Below are positions 35,916 to 48,550 of a DNA stretch of 64,000 bases, piece after piece. The DNA lies in NCBI GenBank assembly GCA_951406725.2, contig OX597818.1, forward strand, positions 77,004,001 through 77,068,000, in the 5' to 3' direction. The position numbers and the translations under genes were made by a program. Position 1 is the first letter of the stretch, and each line of letters starts with the position of its first letter. The notes under the pieces were generated by a model that had not been told where the DNA came from, did no database searches, and worked only from the letters and a program-made list of their open reading frames with translations. This DNA comes from Octopus vulgaris (Eukaryota).

Positions 35916-37932
35916 TGATAGAAATGGTAAGACAACAAAAGAATGAAAGAGACCTTGATATTGTGTAAATAGAGGAATTTATTTGTAAACATAATATGTG
36001 ACAATTATTCGGTAGCCGTGATAAGACTCCAAGTTTCAGAGAGTTTATATATATATATATAAATATAAATGTATGCATACACACACACAATGTGCACTTT
36101 TATATATATATATATATATAAAAGGACATCCGGCTGTAGAAACACTGCCAGATCAGACTGGGCCTGGCGCAGCCTTCTGGCTTCCCAGACCCCAGTTGAA
36201 CCATCCAACCCATGCTAGCATGGAAAATGGACGTTAAACGATGATGATGATGATGATATATATAAATGTATGCACACAAACATACATATACAAACACATC
36301 TGCATATACACACGCACACAAACACACATGAGGGCAGCTGCATAATGAACTGTTGATCTCTAATATGTAGAAAGAACCTGTGGAAGAAGAGCCAACAGGA
36401 CAAGGGATGGAGTAGTGAGAAATGAGCTTCCGATGTTGAGCTTCACAGAGGAGACAGCAAAGGACTAAGACAACTGGCAATATGCTGTGCTTGAGAAGAC
36501 CCACCCAGCAAAGTAAAATCCATGTACCTCTCCCATAACCCACCCATGCTCACCATCACTGTTTTCCTCCTCTCCTCCATTCTCCCTCAATGTCCACCTG
36601 CCTCCTGCACACAATATGCCCCTGTTAAAGCCCTTCCTCATCACTTCTAGCTCTCACTGTCCTTTTGAAATCCTGTGAACTCACCTAACTAGCCATCCTC
36701 TCCAATGCCCAGTTCCCTTCACTATAGCTTGGGTGTCTGACTCCTACTCCCTCTCTGTCACATCTTCACCATCTTTCCCCTCTCTCCATCTGACGAAGCC
36801 ATATCTCTCTTTTAACGCAAGACACCTTTCTCTTTCTATTCCTCAGTACTACTCCCCTTAGTCAGGTGGGGTTTTGTCCTGCAAGTTACTTGGTGACTTC
36901 ACTGCTGCTGGTGCCACTTAAAAAGCACACAGTACACTCTGTAAAGTGGTTGGCATTAGGAAGGATATCCATCAGTAGAAGCCATGCCAAAACAGACAGC
37001 AGAGCTTAGTATAGTACTCTGACTTGCCAGTTCCTGCCAAACCATTCTACTTATCCCAAAATGGAAAATGGTCATGAAATGATATGTGATATCTTGGTAT
37101 CATGTAATGGTTGTAAATGATGGTCGCCATCATACAAATTGGTAACAGCAATGTTCATTTCCAATCTTCCATGAAAGACATGTCTAGCAATGGAGAAATA
37201 TAACCTTGCTTAGAAACAGTTAAGGGTTGGCAACAGGAAGGGCATCCAACCATAGAAAATCTGCCTCAATGAATTCCATCTAAAAATGGACTTTAAAACA
37301 ATGTTCTCTCTCTTTCTCTCACACACACATTAAGACAATAACATTTTGGCCAACAGCCAAGGAAGAAAGTTATATTTCTTTTGCATTGTCCTGTCATCAT
37401 CTTCTGTTCTTTCTCCTCCTTCTCCTCTTCTGTTCTTTCTGGGTTTTTGTTTTCTTTCTTTTTAATGATAGCAGTATGTATGGATTTAATTATCCAAAGA
37501 CTGGGTGTTGTGAATTATCTGAAGAAATAGAAGCTGCCAGTTAGTCAGTGTAATGTAAATATAGACTTTAAAAAACATGAAAGAATTAGGGTTGAACTTA
37601 GAAAAAATAACTGAGGATTGTATAAACATGAATTAGGTTCCAGTTAGTGACCTCATCACATAAATAATTATTGCAGTTGGATTTCAAATGATGACATTAT
37701 CTGACAAAGATTTTTTTTCCTTTTTCATTTTTCAAATTCCAACTTTAGTATGGTCAAGCCATCCATGTATATGTATATGCTTGATCATCATAAATACTAG
37801 GACTACTCAAACTAAATCTGATGATTAGACATGTAAAGAAAAAAGGAAGAAAGAAATTCTGTATTTTTTCCATAAACTTAACAAATTTAAAGTTTAAATA
37901 TTGGCTCTTTTTAAATGTGTGATTAATTTACT

Positions 37933-38112
37933 TTTTTAATAGTAGAACTTAAAGTAGATAATGCTATAAATAATAGCATTTAAATATTGGGTTGAAAAAT
38001 TCTGTTGGATAGAAAAAAGCAGAAAACTGTTTTCCATCCTAAGGCTTTTTCAATCCAATATTTAAATATTATTATCTAAAGCTTTTCCTATTTCAAGTTC
38101 TGTTATTAAAAA
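37933..38112. repeat. Imperfect ~180-bp inverted repeat upstream of the DCAF8 splice acceptor
   Basis: TTTTTAATAGTAGAACTTAAAGTAG...ATTTAAATATTGGGTTGAAAAA pairs with TTTTTCAATCCAATATTTAAAT...CTATTTCAAGTTCTGTTATTAAAAA. Confidence 0.8.
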
Positions 38113-38390
38113 TCATTTATTTGTTTCTCTCAACATTTCTCATTTTTTATTTTTTTTATTTTTTTTAATAGGTTGACATTTTCTCCTGATGTCATTATGA
38201 ATACCAGATGTTACGAAGGCCTGCAGCTAAGGAAAGGCTTTTGGAAAAACTGAATCTACCCTCTGATCTATAATTGTGACAGCTTTTTAAATCTACTTCA
38301 ACCAGCACACAAATGTATCTGAATTTTTGTTCTGTTTGGTTTATCTCTGGATAATCTGATAATACACGAGAAACTAGACTCCAGTTAGCC

Positions 38391-39402
38391 ATGGCTGAAT
38401 CTAGTTTAATAATTAGCTCCAGTGACTGTGATGTAGACAATAAAAAAAGCAATAATCACTTTAGCAATGATGATAAATTTCATGACTCCAGTCAGACTAC
38501 TCCAGATAACCATGTTGCAGAGAAAACACAAGATTATACATCAAAAGACAATGCCAGTTCTTCTAAAATTCCAACTCATTTGGCAATTATGGAGGAAAAT
38601 AATTCTCATGAACCAGATTTATCTTTACCTTCATTGAAAAAAGATGACAGTGGCGTTGACTTTGAAAAATCTCCGGCAAGCACAAGTGCACAAGAAGGAC
38701 CAATTCTATCAGATTGTAGTGAAAGTGTCAGTGAATCACTCACAGACAGTGCTGCTTGCTCCTATACAAATTCAGTCGGTGATATAAAATGTGATGGCAA
38801 GTCAAAAACCTCTGTGTCGGACGAAGAAGATTTACCGTCTTTGGATGTACAGGATTCTGAACTGAATGATAAAGAAGACTCATGTAAATTACCATGTAAT
38901 GCTGAAAAAATGGATTTAGATTCTGTAAATACCGAAGACATCAATTCTGAAAGTGTAGAGAAAGAAAAGCTAAAACCCAAGCTACATTCATCTGTTAATA
39001 GTGATGATGGTGGCAAAGCTGAGATGGATTATGAACATCTCGATGACAATGTTGAGGATGATGATGATAAAAATGAAGAGACGGGCAGTAAAAAACTTTC
39101 TTCTTCTTCATCTTCTTCGTCATCTTCATCTGAGGAAGATGAGGAAGAGGATATTGATGATGAAGAGGATGAAGATGAGGATGAAAGTGACATGGACTAT
39201 GATTCTGATAAAATACCCAAACATAGTTGGAAAGCAATATATGATCTCCGCTCACGGGAGTTTGGACATTCAACAAAAACTCCTCCAAGTATTTTTAGAG
39301 AAAAGGTTAATTCTAGTTTACAAATGGTGCAACGCTTAACCCTGCAATACAAAATGGAATACCATAATGGCTGTGTGAATGCTCTTAATTTTAACCGAAT
39401 TG
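38391..39402 (+). CDS. DCAF8: DDB1- and CUL4-associated factor 8-like, first coding exon
   Basis: GCCATGG Kozak context, long acidic/Ser-rich N-terminus, then W.AI..LR.RE.G...VQRL.LQY...HNGCVNALNFN as in DCAF8. Donor G|GTGAGT (phase 1). Upstream acceptor poly-T...TAG at 38171, so the exon begins at 38172. Confidence 0.9.
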
Positions 39403-41339
39403 GTGAGTATATTGATTTATTGGCATTGTCTATTGTTTTTTTTTCTTTCCTATCTTGATACAAATTAAACAGAACACATCTACAGACCTTGTGCTAAGGT
39501 CTGTAGATGTTATATATATTGCATCACATATATAATAAATGTTTAAACACACCTGTAATAAAATCTAAACACACCTATTTTTACTGAGATGATTGTTTTA
39601 GTTGCTGAAGATTGAAAACAATGGTAATTTGTTTCTAGATCTCTGACTTATTAATTTGGGTTTTCTTTGCAAAACTCAATGGGTCTTATTTGAACTTTGT
39701 TGACAGCAGCCAGTTGTAATTTTGAAGAGGAAGACTAGTCTTTGGAATGCAGTTTTTGCTATGCTAAAGACATTTCACTTTATTTCATTATCATCATTTA
39801 ATGTCCATTTTTTCATGCTTGCCCAGATCAATCGGAATTTGTTGAGGTAGATTTTCTACAGTTGAATACCCTTCTTGTCACCAACCCTCACCTTTTTCCA
39901 GACAAGGTAATATTTCTCCATGGCCAGACATGTTCTTCACAAAAGACTGAAAATAAACAACACTGCTCGTATGACAGTGATGCTCATTTACAGCCATCAT
40001 ATGATGTCAAGACAACTGTATGCACACATATTTATATATGATAGGATTCTTCCAGTTTCTGTGCACCAAATCTATGTACTTTGGTTGGCCTAGGTCTATA
40101 GTGGAAGACACTTGGCCAAAGTGCTGTATAGTGGGACTGAACCTGAAACCATATGATTGGGAAGCAAGCTTCACAACTACACCTGTGCCCATTTATGTCA
40201 TTAATTAAATATTAGGAAAACATGAGTATCACAATGTCTTGTTTAACTCAAGTAAAACTTGTGGCTATACAAAAAAAAGAAAACAATACCATTCTTACAG
40301 ATTACCATAGAATGAAACAAGTTGGCAGTCTTAGTCTATGATATCAGATATTCAGTTGTGATAATTTCATTTCACTGACATCTTTAACTCCCTTAAATGA
40401 AAAAATTTTTTTCACCATTTACATCTGTTTGTATAGATGGGTTGGGTTATTTGTTAGAGCTGTTGTTTTAACTGGTAAAAATGTCCTTCCCAATTACTAA
40501 CCACTTAGCCGAGAAGTAGAAGTAGAGCTTGTTGTTCAATCTGGTAAACTGGAGCAAGCAGTCATATATCTGGTTTGAAGTCACAACGCAATGATACACA
40601 CTGGTAAACTATGAACTTTGTGGTCTGTTGTTCAGCTCCATTATCCCACTGCCCTTCTGTCTTTGTAAGCAACAATTATTGTTGTGGTGATTATTATTAT
40701 TATTCATATATACCAGACAATGCATAGTTCGAAACAATGTGCATATGTAAGCATTGTATTTGACAGAATAATCTGAATGCTAAAGGGTTAATAGGATAAA
40801 AGAACTATTCAAACTAAACCCTGACTTAATAAACTTCTCAATGACAATTTCCTCGGCAGCTTTGTTTGGTAGTAACTCATATTAATACAATCATAATCAT
40901 TTTAACATCCTCTTTTCCATGCCTGCATGGGTTTGGACAAAGTTTATTGAGGTAGATTTTCCACAACTAGATGCCCTTCTTATCACCAACCCACATCTGT
41001 TTCCAAGCAAGGTAATATTTCTCTATGTCCAGACACAGTCTCACAGAATACTGGAAAGGAATGACAGTGACACTCATTTACAACTATCCCTCTGTGCCTA
41101 GATAAGGAAACACACACAATGGGCTTCTTTCAGTTTCCATCTACAAAGTCCAGTCAAGGCTTTGATCGGTCTGGGGCTATAGTAAAAAATACTTGCTCAT
41201 GATGCCACACTGCGGGACTGAACCCATAACCATGTGGTTAGAAGCAAGCTTCTTAAATCCACAGCCACATGTGCTTCTATATGATTTCAAAATCCTTCCT
41301 AAATCCATAAATCTTCTTGATGTTATTAGTAAAGTAAAA

Positions 41340-42125
41340 TAAGGTGAAGCATGACCTTTGAACCTTGGTCCTCAGGGAAGTGATGATGAGTGATTGAGAC
41401 CATTTGAGATATGCTGAGCTTGCGAAGACTTGGCAAGCCAAATGAGACTGTAACCGTGACCTATGCTAGTGCAGCACAACTGGCCCATTTAAAAGTACCC
41501 TTCAATACTGGGCAATAAATTGTGCTTGCAAAGACCTGTTGAGCCAAGTGAAGTCATTGTCATGGGCGATGCCAGTACCGCCTGACTGGCACGTAAAAAA
41601 GCACCATTTGAGCATGGTCAATGCCAGTGACGCCTGACTGGTCCCATGCTGGTGGCATGTAAAAAGTACCATTCGAGCATAGTCAATGCCAGTGCCGCCT
41701 GACTGGTCCCGTGCCAGTGACATGTAAAATGCACTGTTTAAGCATGCTTGTTACCAGTTCCATCTGACTGGCTCCCGTGCCAGTGACACAAAAAAGGCAC
41801 CATTCAAGTGTGGTCATTGCCTGTGTCGCCTGACTGGCTCCTGTGCTGATGGCATGTAAAAAGCACCATTTGAATGCGGGTCATTGTCAGTGCTGGTGGC
41901 ACATAAAAAACACCATACAAGCGTGGTCATTGCCAGTGCTGCCTGACTGGCACGTAAAAAGCACCCACTACACACTCGGAGTGGTTGGAAGGGCATCCAG
42001 CTGTAGAAACTTTGCCAGATCAGATTGGAGCCTGGTACAGCCTTCTGGCTTGCTAATCCTCAGTTAAAACGTCCAACCCATGCCAGCATGGAAAGTGGAC
42101 ATTAAACAACGGCGATGATGATGAC
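41340..42125 (+). mobile_element. RTE 3' end with an expanded ~60-bp tandem array
   Basis: VKHDL..LGL C-terminal remnant, about seven GCCAGT..CGCCTGACTGGC...GTAAAAAGCACC units, and the standard tail. Confidence 0.85.
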
Positions 42126-42207
42126 ACAACAGATTAGACTGTTGGAAAAGAAAAATTTCTAACATCAGGTTACAACAAGTAACCTTAGATGCCAAGATCC
42201 ATTATTA

Positions 42208-43020
42208 TTATTACCCTGCATGCATAAGCGAAAGCAGGGTATTGTAATCACTTGTCTTTGTCTGTGTGCTTGCAAAATTACTGGAAAATGGCTAAACGGA
42301 TTTTCACCAAATTTGGTAGAAATACTCATTGGGTTAGTGGCTCAACATGATGAAAATTTGCTTTGATTATCTTCAAACTTACATAAATACACACATAGAT
42401 ATGTGACTGTGCTTGTGTGTATGCGTAAAATGATGGATTTGAGGGTTTCATTTATTTACAAGTCGATTTCTTAATTTCACAAGAGTATAAATACCTATAA
42501 TGGTGATGCTTAAGAAAAAAATTTTACTTACAAATTTCCCAATAAACAAGTGGTCATATTATTTATATCCTACAACAAACTACAGTACATTTGATTCACC
42601 TGCCATCATTGAAAGACATTGAAAACACTCAAATTCTATGCAATATTTTCTATATGTATTTCATTTTTTTCATAATCATTATTATTTGAATAATCATTTA
42701 GTCACATGCAAATTTTACTCATATGCAAATTGTATGTTGAACTTTCCAAAACAACAACAGGTATTTTAGTAATCTCACATTCCATAAAACAAAATTGAAA
42801 TTTCTTTGCCAACTTGTATTTTAACTTTTTCACGAAAACCAGTTGAAATATAAGTAGTTTCTCCAACGCACCTGGTTCTTCAGTGGAAAGGAAAAATAAA
42901 AACTCTTTTCAATTCTTTGACCATATTTCCTTTAACTTCAATCATATTTTTGGATTAAAAAAAAAAGATTTTAAAAAATTTATCTTCGTGAAAGGTATGC
43001 ATTGTCCCTCTAATGCCTTT
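42208..43020. mobile_element. Helentron/HINE (DINE-1-like) non-autonomous element
   Basis: TTATT-ACCCTGC...GCAGGGT short inverted repeat, TGTC/TGTG microsatellite and CGGATTTTCACCAAATTTGG core. Homologous to 54035-54698. Confidence 0.6.
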
Positions 43021-43267
43021 TTTTTTCATTATTAATATTATTATTTAAGGCGGCAAGCTGGCAGAATTGTTAGTATGGTGATCGAAATGCATAGCGGTAT
43101 TTTGCTCGTCGCTATGTTCAGCATTCAAATTCCACCAAAGTCAACTTTGCCTTTCATCCTTTCAGGGTCGATAAATTATGTACCAGTTGAGGACTGGGGT
43201 TGATCTAATTGACTAACCCCCCCCCCCCCACAGATTTCAGGCCTTGTGCCTATTGTAGAAAGGATTA

Positions 43268-43636
43268 TTATTACCTCCACCTTAGCGAAGGTGGAGGTAT
43301 TGTTTTCAGTCATATTTGTTTGTTTGTCTGTGGACAAGATATCTCAAGAACTGCTTGATGGATTTGGATGAAACTTTCAGGGATGTTTGACCTCGTGACT
43401 GGCACAAACTGATTAGATTTTGGGATCGATCTGGTACCGGACATGAATTCTTGATTATTTTTCCTGTTTTTTTACTTAATTTTTGAGAGCAGACAGATTC
43501 ATTTTCCGTATTCTCGTTTGTGAGAGCAGTTGACTTAATTTCAGATATTCTCATTTTAAAAATCATCTCTGGCTAATCGTTGAGAGGACATTAGTGTTGC
43601 TTTTGCAGAGGTTTGCGCTCACTGAGTGCTCTTGTT
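43268..43636. mobile_element. Helentron/HINE non-autonomous element, second family
   Basis: Starts TTATTACCTCCACCTTAGCGAAGGTGGAGGT (hairpin), followed by GTTTGTTTGTCTGT. A subterminal GCAGAGGT precedes the terminal hairpin GCGCTC-ACT-GAGTGC and TT. Confidence 0.7.
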
Positions 43637-44375
43637 ATTATTATTTTGCAAAAAGGCATGGATTGGCAGAATCATTGGAATGTCAAGCAGAATGACTTGC
43701 AGTATTTGTTATAGCTTATTACACCCTGAAGTCAACTTTGCCTTTCATCCTTCCAAGGTGAATGTAATCAACTTCACTCTCCCCTCAAACTTGCTGGCCT
43801 TGTGCCAAAATTAGAACTATTATTATTGTTGTTGTTATTGTTAGGGTGGCAAGCTTGCAGAATTGTTAGCACTCTAGGTGAAATGCTTAGCAATATTTTG
43901 TCCATCTTTTTTATGCTCGAGTTCAAATTCTGCCATAGTCAACTTTGCCTTTCATCCTTTCAGGGTTGATAAAATAAGTACCAGTTGAATACTGGATGGG
44001 GGGGGGGGGGGGTTTCGATGAAATTGACTTATCCCCTCCCCCAAATTTCAGGCCTTGTGCTTATAGGAGAAAGGATTATTATTATTATTTCCTTTTAATT
44101 TGCAAAAAGGCATAGATTGGCTAAATCATTAAATGTCAGACATAATGACTTGCTGTATTTGTTCTTGCTCTTCGCATACTGAAATCAACTTTGCCTTTCA
44201 TCCTTTCAGGGTCAATGTAGTCAGGTTTCTCCTCCCCTCAAAATTGTTGGCTTTGTGCCAAAAATTAGAAAAAAAAAAATTATTATTGCTATTAATATTG
44301 CTGGCAGAAACACTGCCCTCCAGGCAGTTTTTGGCTTTGTCATGTTTGCTTGTAGGAAACTGCTGTGCTATGCAT

Positions 44376-44446
<71 letters not shown>

Positions 44447-44635
44447 CACCTGTGAATGCAATGAAATAACTTACTTTTGAGTGTTGTTTACTCACATTCA
44501 TCAATCATCTTACTTCTCTTGGAATGTGCCAAAAAAAATTTTATTTCTTCACAATTGTATACTATTTTTTCAAAAAACGAAAACTGTAATTCCACTTTTT
44601 GAAACATTCTAAAAAGCATATTTTACTGTAAATGA

Positions 44636-44756
44636 AAATCTCCTTGTAGACACTATTGTCGATAAATATACTCACTCCATTTCTGTCAACCAATATTTTT
44701 ACATTGGCCTTCTGATGAACTCTAGATAATGTAACATACAGTTGACTACAACTGAA
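44636..44756 (-). mobile_element. Helitron Rep/Hel (PIF1-like helicase) C-terminal fragment
   Basis: FSCSQLYVTLSRV...NSVYKEIF resembles the Helitron terminal motifs FSHGQLYVALSRV...NIVYKEV. Confidence 0.7.
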
Positions 44757-44859
44757 TGACTGTTGTAGAGAGTGAGAAAAGGAGAGAGAAAGAGGGAAAA
44801 AAAAGTGTTGCAAGGAAAGATAGTGAAAGCATGTGCTGGAGAAAGACAAAAAGTTTTAA

Positions 44860-45075
44860 CACTTTAGCATTTAAACCGGCTGTATCTGGCCCAAATATTG
44901 TACTTGTTTTATGTCCAAACTGGCTAAATCTGGACTCACCCCTTCCCTACAATGTTATTCTAAAAATATAAAATCACGTCATCGTAATCTTGAAACTTTA
45001 GATAATGCTTGATTAAGTGAAGACAGTGTGAATGAATAAGCATTGCATTAACAGGATAATCTGAATGCTAAAAGG
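44860..45075. mobile_element. piggyBac-type MITE (second copy)
   Basis: TTAA|CACTTTAGCATT ... AATGCTAAAAGG|TTAA. Confidence 0.8.
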
Positions 45076-45924
45076 TTAAATGAAATTACAAGGCAAGGGT
45101 TATGAATGAAGTTTGTGAAGGAGAGAGAAGAAACAGACTGAAGGGAGGAAAATATTGAAAAAAAAGCGAACATATATATATTACCTAACTAAATACAACG
45201 TTGATCTCGGCTCAGACAACAACCCTAGACTTTCATTATTCAAAGAATTATGGTTAACACATTTGTCTATAACAAAATATAACCTCTAATTTTGATATGA
45301 TAGATATACTGTTAAAATTTTCATAAACATTCTCAAAATAGCTAAAACAAATTGTATGTAATCACTTATTTTTAATGAAGCCATTTCAATAGAGCAGGGG
45401 AGGAGGAGAGAGAGACATGTTTCAGTGAATAAAAATTATTTTATGAAAATGATTGAATAGAGCTGGAGAGAGGCAGACAGACAGATGGATTTATGCTACA
45501 GTGAAGAAAATTTAGATGTATGATTCAATCTTACAATAAAAGAAAAAATTCAAATCTTTTTTTGATTAAAAACTAAATTAAAATTGGAATTTATAAGAAT
45601 TTTCTGGACTTTGTAGACTTTAATAATCACTTTCTTTGAGTAAAAGTTACATAAATCAAACTAATTAATAAGTAATTTAGAAATAAAATGTAAGACTAAA
45701 ACAGGAAATGATACATAGTTTATACACTACTATTGAAATTAGAGTCTCTTGATTGTGACATGAACTTGAAAACCATTTGGCCTATGTGCATACATGCTAA
45801 TTAGAATGTGCTAATTAGAATGCAAATGACCTTATACTTTGTTTACTTACTTCAACTATTATGAGTATAATGTAGTTCATTTTCACATGTATTTAATTGT
45901 ACGTATTAAAAGTTCATCTTTAAT

Positions 45925-46645
45925 CTTTTACTTGTTTCAGTCATTAGACTGTGCCCATTCCTTGAATTCTTAGTCAAATGAATCAACCCAAGGACTTATT
46001 TTTTTTAAGCCTGGCACTTATTCTGTCAGTCTCTTTTGCTGAACTGCTAACTTACAGGGATGCAAATATTCCAACACTGGTTGTCAAGCGATGGTGGGGG
46101 AACACAGAAAGACAGATACACACAATGGGCTTCTTTCAGTTTCGATCCACCAAATCTACTTACAAGGCTTTAGTTGACTCGAGGCTGTAGTAGAAGACGC
46201 TTGCCCAAGGTACCACTGAATAGGACTGACCTCGGAACCATATGGTTGGGAAACAAGCTTCTTACCACACAACCATCTCTAGTATTTGTAAACATGGGCA
46301 CAGGCATGGCTGCTTGGTAAGAAGCTTGCTTCCCAACTATATGGTTCTAGATTCAGTCCCACTGCATGGCACCCTAGGCAAGTATCTCTGGCTGACCAAG
46401 GCCTTGTTAGTGGATTTTGTAGATGGAAACTGAAGGAACCTGTTGTGTGTGTGTGTGTGCTCGTCCCTCAACAACTGGTGATGGTGCATTTACATCCTGG
46501 TAACTTAGTGGTTCAGCAAAAGAAATCAGTAGAATAAGTACCAGGCTTTACAGAAAAATACTGGGGTCAAATCATTTGACTAAAAATTCTTCAAGGTGGT
46601 GCCCCATCATGGCTGCAATCTAATGACTGAAACAAGTAAAAGGAA
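45925..46645. mobile_element. Head-to-head pair of tRNA-derived SINEs
   Basis: A minus copy at ~45925-46270 and a plus copy at ~46300-46645. Confidence 0.8.
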
Positions 46646-48199
46646 AAAGAACTATCAAAATCTTCCATAAATCTGGGTCACCATTGAAGGTTTTATCTTT
46701 AATGAAATTTTGTTGTAATAGCTCAAGGTCATTCCTGATTAAGCAATACTGTGACCAATGGCATTGGAGCTGTAGCTCTCTCTTTTTTTTTATGACATAG
46801 TTTAATTAAGATTACATTATCCAATGTGCCCTTCTTTTGCTGTTTTTTTTTTAACTGTAGGGTGTGATTTGAGAGAGATTTAGCTGTTGGTATGTTGGGT
46901 AATTAAACTTTAGAGGCCATCCAGGTTTGGCACATGGAATGAGTGGGGAAATAGTTGAGTCAAATCTGTGTAACAGGATTTTAACATTCTCTTGTAGGAC
47001 ATATTCACTATATATCATCATTACGTTCACTTTTCCATGCTTGCATGAATCAGATGGAATTTATTGAGGCAGATTTTCAATGGTTGAATGTCCTTCCTGT
47101 CTCCAAGTCTCACCACTTTCCATGCAAGGTAATATTTCTTCACGACTGGACACATGTACCCTAGAGATTGGTAACAAAGGACACTGCTTACATAATGATG
47201 ACTATCATTTCTAATTATCATGTAATAACAAAACAAGAACACACACATGCCATTTAATAAATAATGTTTATTCTGAGCCTGAATAATTGCAGGATTGTAT
47301 ACAGTACACTGTACAAGCAGCTACTGTACTATCTGAGCATGAAACTTATTGTAGCTTACATGTAAGTCCTGTTTTTTTAAACAATACTTAACTCTTGCTG
47401 GATAGATTTCTTTTGTTGACCCTACCAACAACTTCTTGTCCACTCACCCTGTCCAATTCTCTGTACTACTTATATTCACACCCCTGTACCTTAATGGTAT
47501 ATCCCTATACATCACTGCCATCCTCTCTCTTAACTGGGGTAGCCATGTATCACCTCCACAACAAGACACCTGTATTATACTTTAATCTCACTTCAACTGA
47601 CACAAAACCACTTCCTTCAGTGCTACTTTTCCTCTCAGTTGAGTAGTCTTTGTCTTGCAAATTACTTGATAACCTTACTGGTGCCATGTAAAAAGCACCC
47701 AGTACCTTATGTTAAGTGGTTGGTATTAGGAAGGGCACTCAGTTGTAGAAGCCATGCCAAAGCAGACAGTAGAACTTGGCACAGTTGACTGGTTTGCCAG
47801 CTCCTGTCAAACCATCCAACCCATGTCAATATGGAAAGCAGATGTTAAATGGTAATAATGGTATATGAGAGGTTTCTTTTTGGTTTCCATTTACCAAAAT
47901 CTAGTCACAAGGCTTTGGTTGATATGGGGGCTATAATAGAAGACACTTGCCCAATGTGATGATACACAGCGAAATGCTGACAACTTGCATCAGCTGGGGA
48001 AGAATGAGTTGGATGTGATTCGCTAAATTATAGAGCAAATTTAGAAGTGGATGAAAAAGTATGTTAATGTTCAGGATTAACAGTTTTGATGGTATGGTGC
48101 ATAGAGATGACTATGAACTGGGTAGTGTTAGATGTAAGAAAAAGTGCTGTGAGTTAATGGTGGAAATATTTGGGAAGTAATAGAGCAGACTTGACAGGT

Positions 48200-48550
48200 T
48201 TGTGAAGATGATACTTGGGGATAATGTATAGAGATGATACCTTCATGTGGAGATGATAAATGTATACTGAGCAGACCTTTATGTAGAAAATAATAACCAT
48301 AGCTTCATGTGAAGATGTTGCCTGTATGGAAACCATGCCATCATATAGGGATGATACATGTATAGAAACCATAGCTTCATGTAGAGATGATGCCTGTCTG
48401 AAGACGATATCATCTTGTGGAGATGATACATGGTGATAATTATAAAGAGTGTACCTTCATGCAGAAAATAATACATGTAGAGAAACCATAGCTTTATGTG
48501 AAGATGATACTTGTATGGAAACCATACGATCATGTTGAGATGATACATCA
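48200..48550. repeat. Degenerate ~33-36-bp minisatellite
   Basis: About ten units of GATGATAC(A/T)TGTAT(A/G)GAAACCATAGCTTCATGT(G/A)GA. Confidence 0.85.

Noticed and set aside
39403-39458. Tail of the 355-aa ORF (EYIDLLALSIVFFSFLS) as a transmembrane C-terminus
   Set aside because: It is intron read-through past the GTGAGT donor. DCAF8 homology continues in phase at 55335.
44133-44480. ORFs rich in YI/CV/HT/poly-I/poly-M repeats throughout the window
   Set aside because: They are translations of (TA)n, (TG)n, (TAA)n and (CAT)n microsatellites and SINEs.
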